A stretch of DNA of 64,000 bases from Ascidiella aspersa (Eukaryota). Below the pieces are notes generated by a model, which was not told the DNA's origin, did no database searches, and saw nothing but the letters and a program-made list of their open reading frames with translations. The DNA lies in the NCBI GenBank assembly GCA_963924565.1, contig OZ004608.1:23126001-23190000 (forward strand), read 5' to 3'. Below are positions 1 through 13,419 of the stretch, one piece after another. The first letter of the stretch is position 1; each line of letters starts with the position of its first letter. The translations under genes were made by a program, and so were the position numbers.

Positions 1-476
1 GATTTAAGTTGTGCGGTAATTTGGGAAAAATAAAATTGAATGAGAAAATGTTTTAACGCAATTCCAATTGGGCTGTAATACATAGGTAGAAAAGTCAATG
101 ACCTTAGCATAAACCGCGAAATTGTTTTGGCATTTACGTCTAGTTAACTAGTTAAAATAAACCTAGTCATATTTTACCTTTGCACACCCCTGCTTAACAC
201 CGGGATTTTTGTGTATCACACTACAAAAATCGCCAAAACATTCGTGGTTCTGTTTCCGCAATGAAAGCAATAAATCAAGATTCTTACATCGATCGGATCA
301 GGCAATCAGTAAAAGAAAAATAAATACCAAAAACGTTTGCGGCGTGGCTTGTATCAACATTAGTTCACTCACACTGAAGCTATTGCATACCAACATTTGA
401 CATACCTCTTGGCAATTACGTATTTGTTATGGAGTTAAGTAAATACAAATAAATAACAAGTTTTTGCTACTCTTAC

Positions 477-1561
477 CATATGCCGGATTCGGATTCATTA
501 AGTTGCATTTTAACCATGGACAAGATTTGATCCTCATCGTAAGTCAAATACAAATCATACCCCAACGAGGTTTTTACCACGGTGATAGGGACAGGGCAGA
601 ACAGTAATGCACTCTCGTACTCGCAAGAGGATGCTGTGTGAATGGTCTCGTGGAGGTATGCTCCTCGTTTCTGCAGTTCTGAATTGTCAGCATTGTTTTC
701 CATATATCGGAGGAGCGAGTTATAAGCTAAAGAAGAGGCGCCACTTCGTCGTGACGACATTTCGGGGCTGGAGGCTGATTTTACTATGGATTCGGCGCGG
801 TTCGTTTTTTGGTTGGATTTTGCGAGTGTACTGTTCGACACTGCAGGTTTTGGAGATCGAGTGGAAGACACGACTGACTCATTAACTGTCGGCAACGACG
901 AAGAAGAGTAAATGACCGAGGAATGCTGCGAGGTCAAAGATGATGCAGCATAGAGCGAGGAATTCGGGGTACTCGAAATGTTACAATCGCTTCTTGAATT
1001 ACTTGATTTGCTAACAGTACTTTCGACATTTTTAATGTCAATTTGTTTAGAGTCGAACAGGGAACTGTTTCTGTGTGTTGAAGTGGGTCTATCGGAAAGT
1101 AACGTTGGACTCTGAACATCCATTTTCCTTGTTCTACGCCAATGTTGGTGACCGCTAACGGCTGGATCTTCACTCAAACTAGAGCGAGCTTTATAGCGCG
1201 ATTCACTTGAACCTATACCTGAGCATCCTGAATCTCGCCGCAATTTTTCTGATATTCGTTTGGACAACAGTGAAGATGTCACATTTTTGTCTGCGTTTGG
1301 GTCGTTGTTGTTGACGTACCTTGGCGAGGACGAGGTAGTTGTGTTACACATTCTTACACCGGTTCGGGTTGGGTCGGGATCTGCCGCTCGAGAACCATTG
1401 TGGCTGCGATAAGTTTTTAGCATTGATCGTGACTTCAACAGTGCCTCATTAACTGGTAGCGGCTTCAGCATTCCCCCAGTGGAATTAGAGGAACTGTATC
1501 TGCCCGTATATGCAGATTCATCGCAGTTTTGAGCGTTCACTAGGCTTCTTGTGTGTTCCAT
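477..1561 (-). CDS. PDE4: Alternative N-terminal coding exon (361 aa, Ser-rich), probably of the PDE4 gene
   Basis: Long ORF with first ATG at 1561, ending ...ESESGI-TG|GTAAGA. The phase-2 donor matches the recognisable PDE4 leader exons upstream on the same strand. Assigned by phase and context only; no homologue recognised. Confidence 0.65.
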
Positions 1562-3770
1562 TGTCACGGCTGTGCTATACTTACTGTACAAACTTTTCTA
1601 ACTACCGGACCTTCATATTCACTACAAAGTGTAACTAAATCCGAAATTGACTTCGTTTTTCAAACTTGTTTTCGTTTTAGAAACATTAAGCTTTCATTTA
1701 GGCGAAGTGAAAAACTTTTACAAATGTAACTGTTGCGGTCTGCTTACAGCAGCTGGAATACATTAAAGAAAAAAGGCGAAAGAGCTGTCAACGCTTCATC
1801 CCAGACCTCGTCACACATAATTGACTAACAACATACAGTTTGGCATACCGGGGTAGATCACTTTGGGATTTTCTACTAATTTACAAGAATTGGCAAAATG
1901 TGACAGACATCAGTTGATCGGATGTTTGCCTGCAAAATTTCGTGTTCTGCGTGTCGACATTGGGAGACGGATGTTAACACTTTTTGAATAATATGCACGC
2001 AATATTTTTAAAACCATGTTTACTACAGTAGTATATGTGCTTTGTAATGCCGCCAGTGTTAAACTAATACAATTTCAATAGATATTGTGAAAATTAAACT
2101 GTTCCGCTCAACATCATTTTAAATTTCCCAAGTTAACTTTTGACCATAAGACCTACATCCCACACATGTCACAAGAGAATCACAAACACGTCAGTTCATT
2201 AAGACGTGAGAATGACGTCAATCTCCCGTAACGCATTGCTGATTATTCCATTAACTAATCATTGAAACTTATTTTGCTTTTCATCGCACGGCTGCATTTA
2301 AAGGGTTGACAACCATCTTTAGCAAAAATGTAACAAAAAGTTAAACTAATATAATTCTTTGGTATATTTCTGCCCCCCCAACACCCCCAAAGTCAATCAT
2401 TCTCAAATTTTATCTTTGACAATTAAAACAATTTCGGTATAAAGACATATTGCATGAATCCAGATAAAAATAAAAACAATGCCTAAATGGGTTAAAAATA
2501 TTTACGGAAAATACCGAAGTTCAATTAAAAATTCATATAAAACATACAATATAATTAGGCAACTAATTCGAGTTCTAGCAATTGTAGATATAAAAACAAG
2601 CAATCCTAATTCTATTTTTAGCAAAAGTGATTTAACAAACAACTTATTTCAAGTTAGTTATTAAAATTAAATAATCGTATACATTGATCAAGAGCGGATC
2701 AATAATATAATTTATGTTTTGGGTTTGAAGGGGTGGAATGGTTTGCAAATATGTAACCGAAGTTAAGTTAACAGCGCGAAGTGCAAAATAATGCGTGTAA
2801 ACGGCTATATTTTTACCGTAATGAGTCTTCACACACTTGGATTAGAAGACATATAAAATATTGTCTACTAGACGTTATAGACTTGTGTAAATGCCAAAAA
2901 GTACATTAAACATACATTTAGGCAGAAAATGCTTTTGTGAAGAGTCTTGAGTCTGCACAGTGCTAGGCTTGCGTACACAAAGAAATGGAAATAACACTAC
3001 ACAGTGCCTTTAGGCTGAAAAGATTCTTTTCGGATCGAGAAAATGTAGGAACGAATCGAAATAACTTAAAACCGTAGTATAGAATAAAATATGGATGTAT
3101 TGGGCACTGCAAAATTTGTTATTTCGAAGTTATTTTGTGTTGATTGTTGGATAAACTGTTGAGAGTTTGTTGATTAAACACCTGTTTGTCTGTGTGTTTT
3201 TTGTGACCATTAACTTAGTTTCAGGTATATAGCCTAGTTTTGTAACATGCAGGATATAAACGTCATTTTAGAGCTGCTGTTTATTTATAAAAAGGTGGAC
3301 GCAGTTTTTATTTTTGGGGTCTACTGTTTTAATGAAGTTCAATCATAAAATAATTATGTTTTCACCAATCCAAAGTCTTCAGTCACAACTTGCGATTGTT
3401 TCTGCGGAGGGCAAGTTATTGTGTATACCAATTTTAATTGTGGTGTATGGGTCGATAAAGCGGCTGGAAACCACTTAATGAGAACATATTTTTTGATATT
3501 TGTCTAACGCTAAATCTGGAAGTCAGAAGGCACTGTTAAATAAATGTTTTCTTTCGCCTAACCGTGCTCTATCAGGCCAATGTAGAAAAATAGTGCCACC
3601 TGATGTCTAGATTTAAGTAGAACACTGACCGGGAAAGCAGTCCGTTTTAGCCAGATGTTTTATTTTTTGCGAAAACGATGATCTAGTAAATTTGTAATAT
3701 TAAGCACTTTCTAAAATAGTAATTCCAAAGTAGCAATAGAATTATCTGGTAGATTTTACTAACATCTTAC

Positions 3771-4108
3771 CGCTTTATCCGCAAGATATCAGGACTGAAG
3801 GAGGTCGGAGTACAAGGACTGCTGCAAGCCCTACGCACAGGAATCGGAATTGGTCTTGAGCTGCCTGTCATTATAATAGCGTTTCTTTTCTGGACAACCC
3901 GTTTTTCCCCACAAGTCATCATTTGCTGGCAGTAAGATTGCTGTTGGAACTTTTTGCGCAATTGAAGGACAGGTTGCTTTTTTTTGTCTTGTCGGGAAAA
4001 AATTATATTTGTTTCTGACATAGTGGCCAGATCGGCAGCATCCAACAACGATTGCAAATGGCGATGACAATCATGTTTTAACTTACAGTTTCGGGTTTCA
4101 ACAGACAT
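3771..4108 (-). CDS. PDE4: Alternative N-terminal coding exon (112 aa), probably of the PDE4 gene
   Basis: ATG ORF ending ...DILRIK-CG|GTAAGA (phase-2 donor, 338 nt = 112 codons + 2). Perfect CRE at 4572. Assigned by phase and context. Confidence 0.65.
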
Positions 4109-6844
4109 TTTTCTTGGAATTCGACGATTCTATCTTTCAAATAACACAAACTCTTTTCACGCAGCCTTATAATCAGAAACAGGTAACAACTATTAATGTA
4201 AGCCACTAAAATGAGAAAACTCCAATATGTAAACGTTTTCAATTTGTACGGATTAATACCATAGACAAATAACATACATCCGTAAAGTCATCTCTTTATA
4301 TTTGGACAACACAGATTTGTTGGGCGAAAGTGTTTTTTAATACTCGTATAGGCCTACTGATTTTAAATGTATCTTAACGAGCTCGTGAGATTGTTTGTCG
4401 ATAAACCTTGTATAGCACTATAAGTACATCACAGTCCAAACCATCAGGTGGTCGTACTAACAATACAGTCCAATTTAACCAGGTCGATGATTAACCGTGG
4501 GTATAACGATTGTTGTAAAACTCGTGGTTCCCTCACACCCTCCTATTCAAGTGCGTCCTAAAGCTATCGATTGACGTCAGTGATCGTTTGCGCGTGGGCC
4601 AACTGTGTAGCCCGTCGGTATAGAATACGGCCAAGTCACAGGACTCAAAGGATTTAATCGTTTAGTAAACATAATCTAATACGCCTAAATCAATGAAATA
4701 TAAAAACGAATATGTCCGGATAAGCTAATCTGTAAAGTACAACGTTGTTAGTGTTGTAACATACCTACATATTCTACAATGTAGATGTATATTGGGCGAA
4801 TAATTTCGGTGGTTAGAATAAAAACAAAGTTTCGGATTATGTCTAAAAATATATATTATGTTGCTGCATGTAGTGTACTGAAATGTTTTATCATTTTAAC
4901 TTCTAACCAAAAAATATTAAAAACAACATGATCATTCTTATGAATTTTACTTTTCTAAACTCATACGTAGATTTCAGATTTAAAAATTGCTAAAGCTTGT
5001 TCAACATTGGGTGTTGAGTAGTGACTGTTAAACTCATAATTGAAAACATATACAGTAGTAAAATACCAGCTGCATTTACCAAAAATACCGCCATATTATT
5101 CCAACAAGCATCTTTATTTATTCGCAACCACAGTACATCATACATAGCTATAACAGTTGGCCTGACGACTAACTGATTATCATAAATTACTGCAGCGATA
5201 GCGTCTGAATTTGTTTGGAAAATCAAACAGGGCGAAGCACGAGCTATATCGCCGTAGCCACCCGTAAGACTCCTAAACAAACTTTACCAAATGATGCGAG
5301 TAAAATAGATTTTATGGAGCAAAGTGGTAAACTGCTATCAAAATTTATTTTGAATTTCGATATGCCATGAATTCCGATGTAAAACAAAACCATTTGAACT
5401 TGGTGAAAATAAATATTAACAATGAATATTAAACTTTATAACTGTACTTAAACAGTAGCCTACCTAAAAAGCACATTTATATACAAATAACTGATTTTTT
5501 AAAGAAACCTGATTTCTTCTTATTTTGATCGCAATTACTAATTTCTGGTATGATCACAACCCTATAGTTGAATAAACTAGGTAAAAATATACATCGACCC
5601 TTCGAAGTAAAACACAATAAACATTCTTTCACAATAGTTGACACACAACACCAATTATATCTACATCAAAAGGCAATGCTCTGGAGACTAGGTCGCAATC
5701 AGTAAACGTAAGATCTGCATTGTATTGCTTGAAGAGATATATACTAACCACAGCGAACAGAGCTATCTTAATTTTCAATAGAATTCATTCTGTTTTCGCA
5801 AAACATAATTTTTTCACTGCTTTGGTTTTGTTAAATAGTGGCATCTGAATTGCACCTCAACCCTGTCCTCAATCGCATCCTTGTCGATGTGCCATTTTGC
5901 CTTTTGCTGACTATAGCCGCATTTAACATATTTATTCAGTAAAAGCCAACGGCTAATAAAAAGTTACACAGGAAACATAACGCTAAGACTTAAGTAAATT
6001 ATGAAAGCAACCTGACACTTCCCCACAGCACATTTCGATTACAACCATGATTCATCTACGGTTGGTGTTTTTTTTTTTCGTTTACAAAAACTAAGCGCAA
6101 GGAAAACGTGTGCAACAGCCAAGCACATTTGTTCTGCAGTTCACTAACAGCCAGCCACGGACATCAATTGTAAGTTAATATAAAACAGCTTTTCAAAACC
6201 AAGGGAAAATCGAACGTTTGCGTCTGCAAATCCGCTTTTGTTTGGAACTGAGACGAATGATGAAACGTGGCACAATGCATCGAGTATTGATTGTAATAAA
6301 TGCGTTTGCTTGCGTATTTGTATGTCAATGTATCTATCTATGGTCCTTTCAAACATATGTTCTTAGCGTCCTTTCGGACGGGTGTTATAGATTCTGCAGG
6401 ATTGGTTAATTCGTTAACGTGCAAAAAAAAATTTCGGTTGTGAGACCAGCGCAAACTTTACCTGTAATAAACATATATATCAATAGAATATTTTTGTAAG
6501 TCGTATACCTAAATTTTTGCGTTATTACCATAAAATTACAACAGGAGGTAAAATGGTTCCTTGGTAACTAAGTGATATATAAATACTATAAATAAATAAA
6601 TATAATATTAATTCGTAGAACATCTTGCCTTCCTTTTTTTAAATGTATTCGTGTATGTGTTACCATATTAATGCAACTTTCGCGTATATAAAGGTCAAGC
6701 GTACATTTTTCATTAAACCCAACACTTTCAACAACATGAGATTAAGGAGCAACGAAACTCGGTTAAGCACAACTTACATAGGGGTAATAGGGGTTCTCAA
6801 ATTTGTTAGGCCACCCGCCCCTAAAAAAATCATCGAAACTCGGC

Positions 6845-7392
6845 AAAAAAACTTGAAACAGTACACACCAACCGTAGACAAGGTAAAAAAGCCCTGTTAA
6901 TTGGTTGCAAATCAATCATAAACAAAAACTCTGCATAAAGAAACTCACCAATAGAACTAAATTGAAATTAAAAACAAATGGAATTAAAAAGAAGGATATA
7001 ATATCTCTCGGCACACTTGAGAGTTAGAAACGGCACCCCAAAGCCCCGATTAGGAACAACTGGTTACCTTTTAACGTGGAATTGAATTGGAATTAAAAAA
7101 ATAAAGTTAAAAAAAATTGAAAAATTGGAATTAAAAAGTGGTTAAATGCAATATCGCAAAAAAAACTTGAAACAGCAAACACCAACCGTACACAAGGTAA
7201 AAAAGCCCTGTTAATTGGTTGCAAATCAATCGTTCAGAAAAACTGTGCATAAAGAAGCTCACCAATAGAACTAAATTGAAAAAAAAAGGAATTAAAAAGA
7301 AGAATATAATACCTCTCGGCACACTTAAGAGTTAGAAACGGCACCCTAAAGCCCCGGTTAGGAACCACTGATTATACCTTTTAACGTAGAAT
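6845..7392. repeat. Diverged direct duplication of about 240 bp (about 6845-7083 and 7160-7392)
   Basis: Both copies run from AAAAAACTTGAAACAG through GCCCTGTTAATTGGTTGCAAATCAATC to TACCTTTTAACGT. Confidence 0.85.
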
Positions 7393-8360
7393 TTTATGCA
7401 TTACCATTACACAACCAGGATTTTTAGATCAAACATGAGTCGCTTAAAATTTAAATCCTGAATTTTTTTGCGTAAAGTTGTTTGATATCGATTGTTTTCT
7501 CAACTGTTGTTTCCCTAGCTAAACTGCAAATGTAAATCTATAGCCCAACGAAGGTTTTTGTTATGTCACAATTACGAACTGTATGAAGGTGTGCCGGAAT
7601 TAATAATGGGAAAAGTCTAAATAAAATAATAGGTCAGTGGTTTTCAAACTTTTTTCCTCGACGCCCTTATAAAAGTTTGTTAATCTTGCGACAGACCCAG
7701 GAAAAGGAACTTAGTAATATTTATTATCTTAGTTGTGTATAAAAAAAACACACTTTAAGGTACTTTTTAACAATTAATCCGAATTGACACGAAAATTGTA
7801 TATATCATCAAGTTATCGTCTATTACCGTAAAACAAAATAGTTTTTCACTGATTCAACTACCAGGAGTATAAACATACAACAATTGTTTTCAAACTCGAA
7901 CACTAAAGATAAAGAGAGATTAACCATACGCTTGAAACCCGTGAAATAATATTGTAAATATATTATTGACATTTTGCGATGGTATAATTAGTCTTGGCAT
8001 CTGTTTCGAAAAATAAATTAAACAAAAATACAAAGCATCAATGTCAGGTTTCCTTTTTTCGAATGCTATTAAAAGTCCTCTTTCTCTAATCAGGTATTGC
8101 AAGAGGGTACAATTTTCAGGACTCTGATTGGCTTCAGAAATTTTAAGAAGTTTTCAAAATCGAAAAATCAGATAATGAAGTAATGTAATATGTATTTTTT
8201 TGCGCCCTATGGCGCGTTTCATCACAAATCACTCCTTGTCTATAATGTTTGCTGGTGTTGCCTATTGTCTATCGACATATTTCGTAGGTGTGGCGCCGAA
8301 TTGTTTTAGCTCTGTTGGTGTGCCGCAAGAGAAAAAGGGTTGCGGAGCAATGGTCTATAG

Positions 8361-9240
8361 CAGCGCTTCTCAACCGGTGCGCCATGGAAGGCTGCCAGGT
8401 GCGCCGCGAGCAAATCGAAAAACTAATTTAATATATAAAACATGTATTTTTACTTTTCTTTAAAGCTTAGCTCATTGATTTCGCAGTACTTTCAAGTAGA
8501 AAACACAATAAGATAGCAAACAACAACATCTAAATCAGATAATCTATAGCCTAATATCACAGTACTATACGTCGTTTTTAAGACCACCGACATAATAACG
8601 CCAAATTCGCAGTAATTACCACGACAGAATAAGATCTATAATAGGCTAGATAAGACCTAAACATGTCAAATTAAGCCCAAAATTAATCGGAGTAAGACTT
8701 AAATAGACAAAACTACGCCCAAGACTGTAGGGAGAGGGTATAGAATGATTGGGGGACACCTGCTTGGCATTGGCTGTTTGCTGTCGGCATTTGGGCGCCG
8801 CTGTTTTTGCCCCCGTTTGGGGTTATGGGCGGGTAGTTGGTGGTGCTAGGAATTGGGTTAGGGTTGAAAATATTCGGGGATTAATGATAGTTATGGATGG
8901 TGTTTGGGGTTAGATAAAAGGTTATATAGGCCTTATTTTGGCCATTTAGGTCTGATTCCGATTTCGTCATTATTACGACTATTAGGTTTTAATCTTATGT
9001 ACGCCTTATTTCTAACTGTATTTTATTCCGAAGTTGATGTTGTTCTTATTTTGGTCTCAAGGCTGGAGTCTCTTTTAAGATATGCAACTATAAAGCTTAT
9101 ATAATAAAAAATTGCAAGCAATTTAAAAGAAATAGAGGTACACCTCAAAAATTTCGCGCTCGCTTCGCTCGCAAAGTGCGCCGCCTCGTTTTAAAATTTC
9201 TCTAGGTGCGCCACAAAGTAAAAAAGGTTAAGAAACACTG
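8361..9240. mobile_element. Non-autonomous hAT (Charlie-like) element
   Basis: TIRs CAGCGCTTCTCAACC / GGTTAAGAAACACTG; 8-bp TSD GTCTATAG (8353-8360 and 9241-9248); GTGCGCC subterminal repeats. Sits among further hAT-like ends at 7635, 8352 and 9703. Confidence 0.88.
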
Positions 9241-11069
9241 GTCTATAGTATGCCATTGCAACAAAACAAACGAGGTCAGGGTTTCCTCGTCTAAAATGTA
9301 AACCATGAAAATTTGACAAAAGTCATTGTTCTAGCTAACAATCCTTTAAGAGCCATCATCTTTAATCGTATATTTTCGTTTTGGCTGCAACATTAGCTTT
9401 CACTGTTTTATCTATAAACCAGGGGCAATATGCACTATATATCTTAAGTGCCAACAATATATAGGCAGTGATACAATTAACTTCTCCAGCCCTTATTGGA
9501 CGCGCGCCGTCGCTAAACTAAATCCGAATTGAGAGATGTGATTGTTAAATCATAGTCAACTGGTACAGTTTTGTCTTAATGAATGAGGGAATAAAATTAT
9601 CTGGCAGCATTTCATAGATTTCAATATGGAATCATTGTGCGACCCTCGTTAAAGATTAAAACGACGCACCAGGGCGTCGCAACGCAAAGTTTGAGAACCT
9701 CTGCATTGGATAAAAATAAAAATGATAATTAGGTCTAACTACATGCTTCATATTTATTGCACACTTAAGTAGCATGATAATAATTAGATTAACAAATAAG
9801 CGTTATCCTCTGTTTTGTCATGCACTGATCGACAAAGAATTTTTTTGTTGAAAACGGTGCCAAATTTGAACATGGTATAACATACCTTGACTCTAAAACA
9901 GTGTTTCTCACAGTTTTTAAGCTTAATGCACACTAAAAAAATAAAAACAAAAGGCGACACACTTCTTATATTTCGACACTGCGTGAATGCGTAATTATTA
10001 AGTTTGCGTCCTGCATGCCTGTTTGTATTCGAATATTTTTTTCCAAAATTACAAAGTTTTCGCGGTAAACTTGAGAATCTCTCGAGGCACACTTGTGTGT
10101 CGCGGTATACAGTTAAAAACCACTGCGTTAAACTATAATTTGTGACGCAATGCTGGAGTGAACCGCTTTTTTGACAGGTTTGGGCTCGGTTATAGTTCGG
10201 CTTTTTTTCAAAATTTCGTTTCAGTTGAATTCTTACAAAACATGTTTCAGGTTTAGCTACGGTTAACAAAAATATCTTAAAACCGGTTCATACTCCCTGA
10301 GATATTGTGCGCTTTATACATCCTAGTGGGTGTTTTCATAGAAGTTTCGTTGGAAAACTTTAAACTGTATACCAGTTGATTACGTCGAATTAGGGAGTCG
10401 AATAATTCGTGCGAAAAAACTCGCCTTTATTTCATTTTTTTACATACAAGCTGACCCTCTTTAAGTTACATGTTACGCTATGACGTATCTTTGTGACTTC
10501 GTACCTAAATGACCACAAAAATTGCTATCTGGTGGTTGTTTCAAAGCGTCCCGATTTTAAGCATAAAATAAGGCAGCCCAATAGTTATTATGGTAATGTA
10601 AGTTTTGCATAAAATTAATGGTACTATAGTCAACTTTTAAATATAACTGTAAATTTCACTTTTCCGTAATGCGTATACTATAGTGACAGGGAATCCCAAC
10701 CAATTTCTCGGTCTTAATACATGCATATTCTCATAAATGGTTAACTAAATTACATCGTGTAAATATCAGGGGCATGAGGAGATGGAAACTCATCTAATAG
10801 AAGTCATTCCTTATAATGGAAGCCCAGCGATGTTCGTCACCCTTTGCGCCATTTTTTAACGTTTTTGTCGCACATTTTGTGACTTTATGTGTCAAAAGTG
10901 TTATGACAAAAACAGAAAAAATTAGTTTTTGCCTGTAAGAGGAATGGTAATATTTTTGTTCCGTGATCACAGTTTAATATAAAACAATGTCATAACCACT
11001 AGTTAAAGGCAAGTTTTTGCACGGTAAATTATGTAGGTGCAGCATCAATAAAAACGAATAGTCACATAC

Positions 11070-11677
11070 CATATCCACGAGTGGCGTCGGAATTGAGGTG
11101 GGCGACCTACTGACAAATGGAAATGCGGCAATCTGTTGAAACGATGTTGTTGAAGGCTTTCGTAACCTCTTTTTTCAGCTATCTCATGCTTACTGCTACC
11201 AGTGCGACACGATAGTTCGTCATTCACACCAAGGTCGATATCGTCCCCACTACTTTGACTCTCACAACAGTCGCTATCACCCACAGATCCCCCACCGAAC
11301 CCGAAGTGGCCACGCGTTCCAGCAGATCTGCGTGGCTTGTGTCCATGTTTTGCCTTATTTTGCTTATTAGGTAAGTCAAGACTTGTCCTGTCTCCCGATT
11401 GGTGGTGGTTACAATACAAAGATGATATGACTGAATGTGACTCTACATTAGACGAAGGCGACGATAAGCCACCTGATTTGTTGGCAGTCATTGGTGCAAG
11501 TTTATAAATCCCTGGTCGTATTTTGACGCTGGCCGTCAGCAAATCGTCATCTGGAGCGTTAACGTCGTTCAGTTTGATAATAGGAAGCAGCGGAAGGTTG
11601 TTGGACATTGGTAAACATACAGATTCACTAGGTGAGAAGTGTTGCATATTTTTTAAATTATCTAGCGCCGCAGGCAT
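11070..11677 (-). CDS. PDE4: PDE4D3-like alternative N-terminal exon of cAMP-specific phosphodiesterase 4
   Basis: Ends QFRRHSWI-TG|GTATGT. The vertebrate PDE4D3 leader ends PFRRHSWIC (PKA site RRHS) just before the common exon. Phase 2; strong acceptor TCTCTTTGTAACAG| at 11752. Confidence 0.88.
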
Positions 11678-12841
11678 AAAGTGATAAATGCATATACAAC
11701 TCCACTAATTTTTTTAGTAAGCCACAGCACAACAACTTGTAAAGTAATATCCTGTTACAAAGAGACCCAGTCGCATGATTAATACGATTATTTATTATTA
11801 TTATTAACATTATTGGCTATTACAAGAAATTCCTTATTGTACAACTATACTCAAGGCTTCCTGTGATCTTTATTAAACATACTGGGCTGCAGTCGAAAAA
11901 GTAAAATCGAACTATTTTCATCTCTACACAATCGCCTTTTAAACAACCTGATTAAGGTAATGTCTTTGAAATAAAACTCAGAAATTGTTTTCCATTTTTA
12001 AGCCTCGACTACTGAGGTGGTAAGCTACACACTCAACGCAGCGCAACCAAAAATAATATATGTAATTCCAATTAGGCATTTCAATCAATCGTGCTCCTTA
12101 AAACCTTTTTTATGGCAGACCAATGGCGGGCATGCAAACAATTGGATTGTTAAGAGTTGTGCGACCAAGAGGTGGCCATTAATTTCCTGTCCCTGCAACA
12201 ATGAGCTAGCCATAATATAATGCAACCAGTTTAATAAATTACACTTTAGGAAAAGGTCGAATGGCGACTAATTCATAATTTTGGTACACTAAAAACCAAC
12301 CTATAAGTTTATGCATAAAAATCCACCAAAAATGTTAACCAAATAAGCCAAAGCATGAGAAAAATTAGGACAGCTTGAACGTTTACTTTTAGGTCAAGAA
12401 GTTTTCTAACAGATTATAAACATTATTAATACTGACAAACCATACACTAGACGAGGCCTTCTACACAACTTCGATCATTAAAATATCTGTATTTCCATAG
12501 CTTGTCATTAAGTCAACGGTCACATTAAAATAAAGCAATACGTTGTAGCTTTGCAGACATGTGGTTGCACAACCCCACAAAATGATACGTTCGCGTTCGT
12601 TTTAACAGGAAAGTCGATTAGTAGGGATGGCGGTCGATGCATTGTCATACGACTGGTTCTATTATTTATTACGGCATTATAATATTTATGATTCAGGAAA
12701 AAACACAAGTGATACCAAAGGCGATTTTCAGGACAAAAAATTATGAACGACTTTATAAAATATAAGGTACTACAGATGCTTAATTTAAACATGAAGTTAT
12801 GTTTAAATTGAGATGGAAATATACTGCATAACATGAACTTA

Positions 12842-13170
12842 ATGATGATTTTCCAAGCCAAAAAGTCAAGATGCCATCATCTTGATTAAGACGTTTCGAT
12901 ACGAACTTGTATCATCTTCAGTTCATGTGACTGATACAAGTTCGTATTGAAGATGATACAAGTTCGTATCGAAGATGATACAAGTTCGTATCGAAACGTC
13001 TTTATCAGGATGATGTCGATCTACTTGACGTTTTTGACTTTGAAATTCATTATCAAGCTACATTACAGATCCGTGCATAGTGTACCAAGTATTGGTATCC
13101 TTTTCGAACTTAATCTTTGTGTTAACAAAATAAAAAGGGTCGAGTAGATCGACATCATCCTGATGACTCG
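12842..13170. mobile_element. Imperfect palindrome, probable Penelope-like pseudo-LTR remnant with minimal hammerhead motif
   Basis: Arms about 12842-12919 and 12971-13052; 22-bp tandem unit GAAGATGATACAAGTTCGTATC. The minus strand reads CTGAAGA-T-GATAC-AAGTTC-GTATC-GAAACGTC. A second inverted copy lies at 13143-13163. Confidence 0.55.
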
Positions 13171-13348
13171 ACATACAATGCGCAAAAGTATATAAATATG
13201 CTTATTCTTTACTACTGTTTTTTTCACTACTGGGGGCATGTTTTTACTGATTTATTATAGCTGCACCAGAAGTTAGCGCCTAACACTAAATGCAAAGTTA
13301 TACAATTGTTGTCTTGCACAGATCAGCTCCACAATAGCCTCCAGCTTG

Positions 13349-13419
13349 TATTTAAACTATTTAGCCTATTTAAACTATTTAAACTATTTAAACTATTTAA
13401 ACTATTTAAACTATTTAGC
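13349..13419. repeat. 9-bp tandem repeat (TATTTAAAC)n, about 8 units
   Basis: Direct reading. Confidence 0.92.

Noticed and set aside
636-662. HExxH (YLHETIHT) in the long leader exon
   Set aside because: No surrounding metalloprotease fold or third ligand context; it is probably chance in a disordered leader.
6144-6356. 70-aa minus-strand ORF as another PDE4 leader
   Set aside because: Its GTTAGT donor is phase 1, incompatible with the phase-2 common exon, and it has no motif support.
9784-10269. 161-aa ORF
   Set aside because: Non-ATG start, repeat-like context and no protein-like features.
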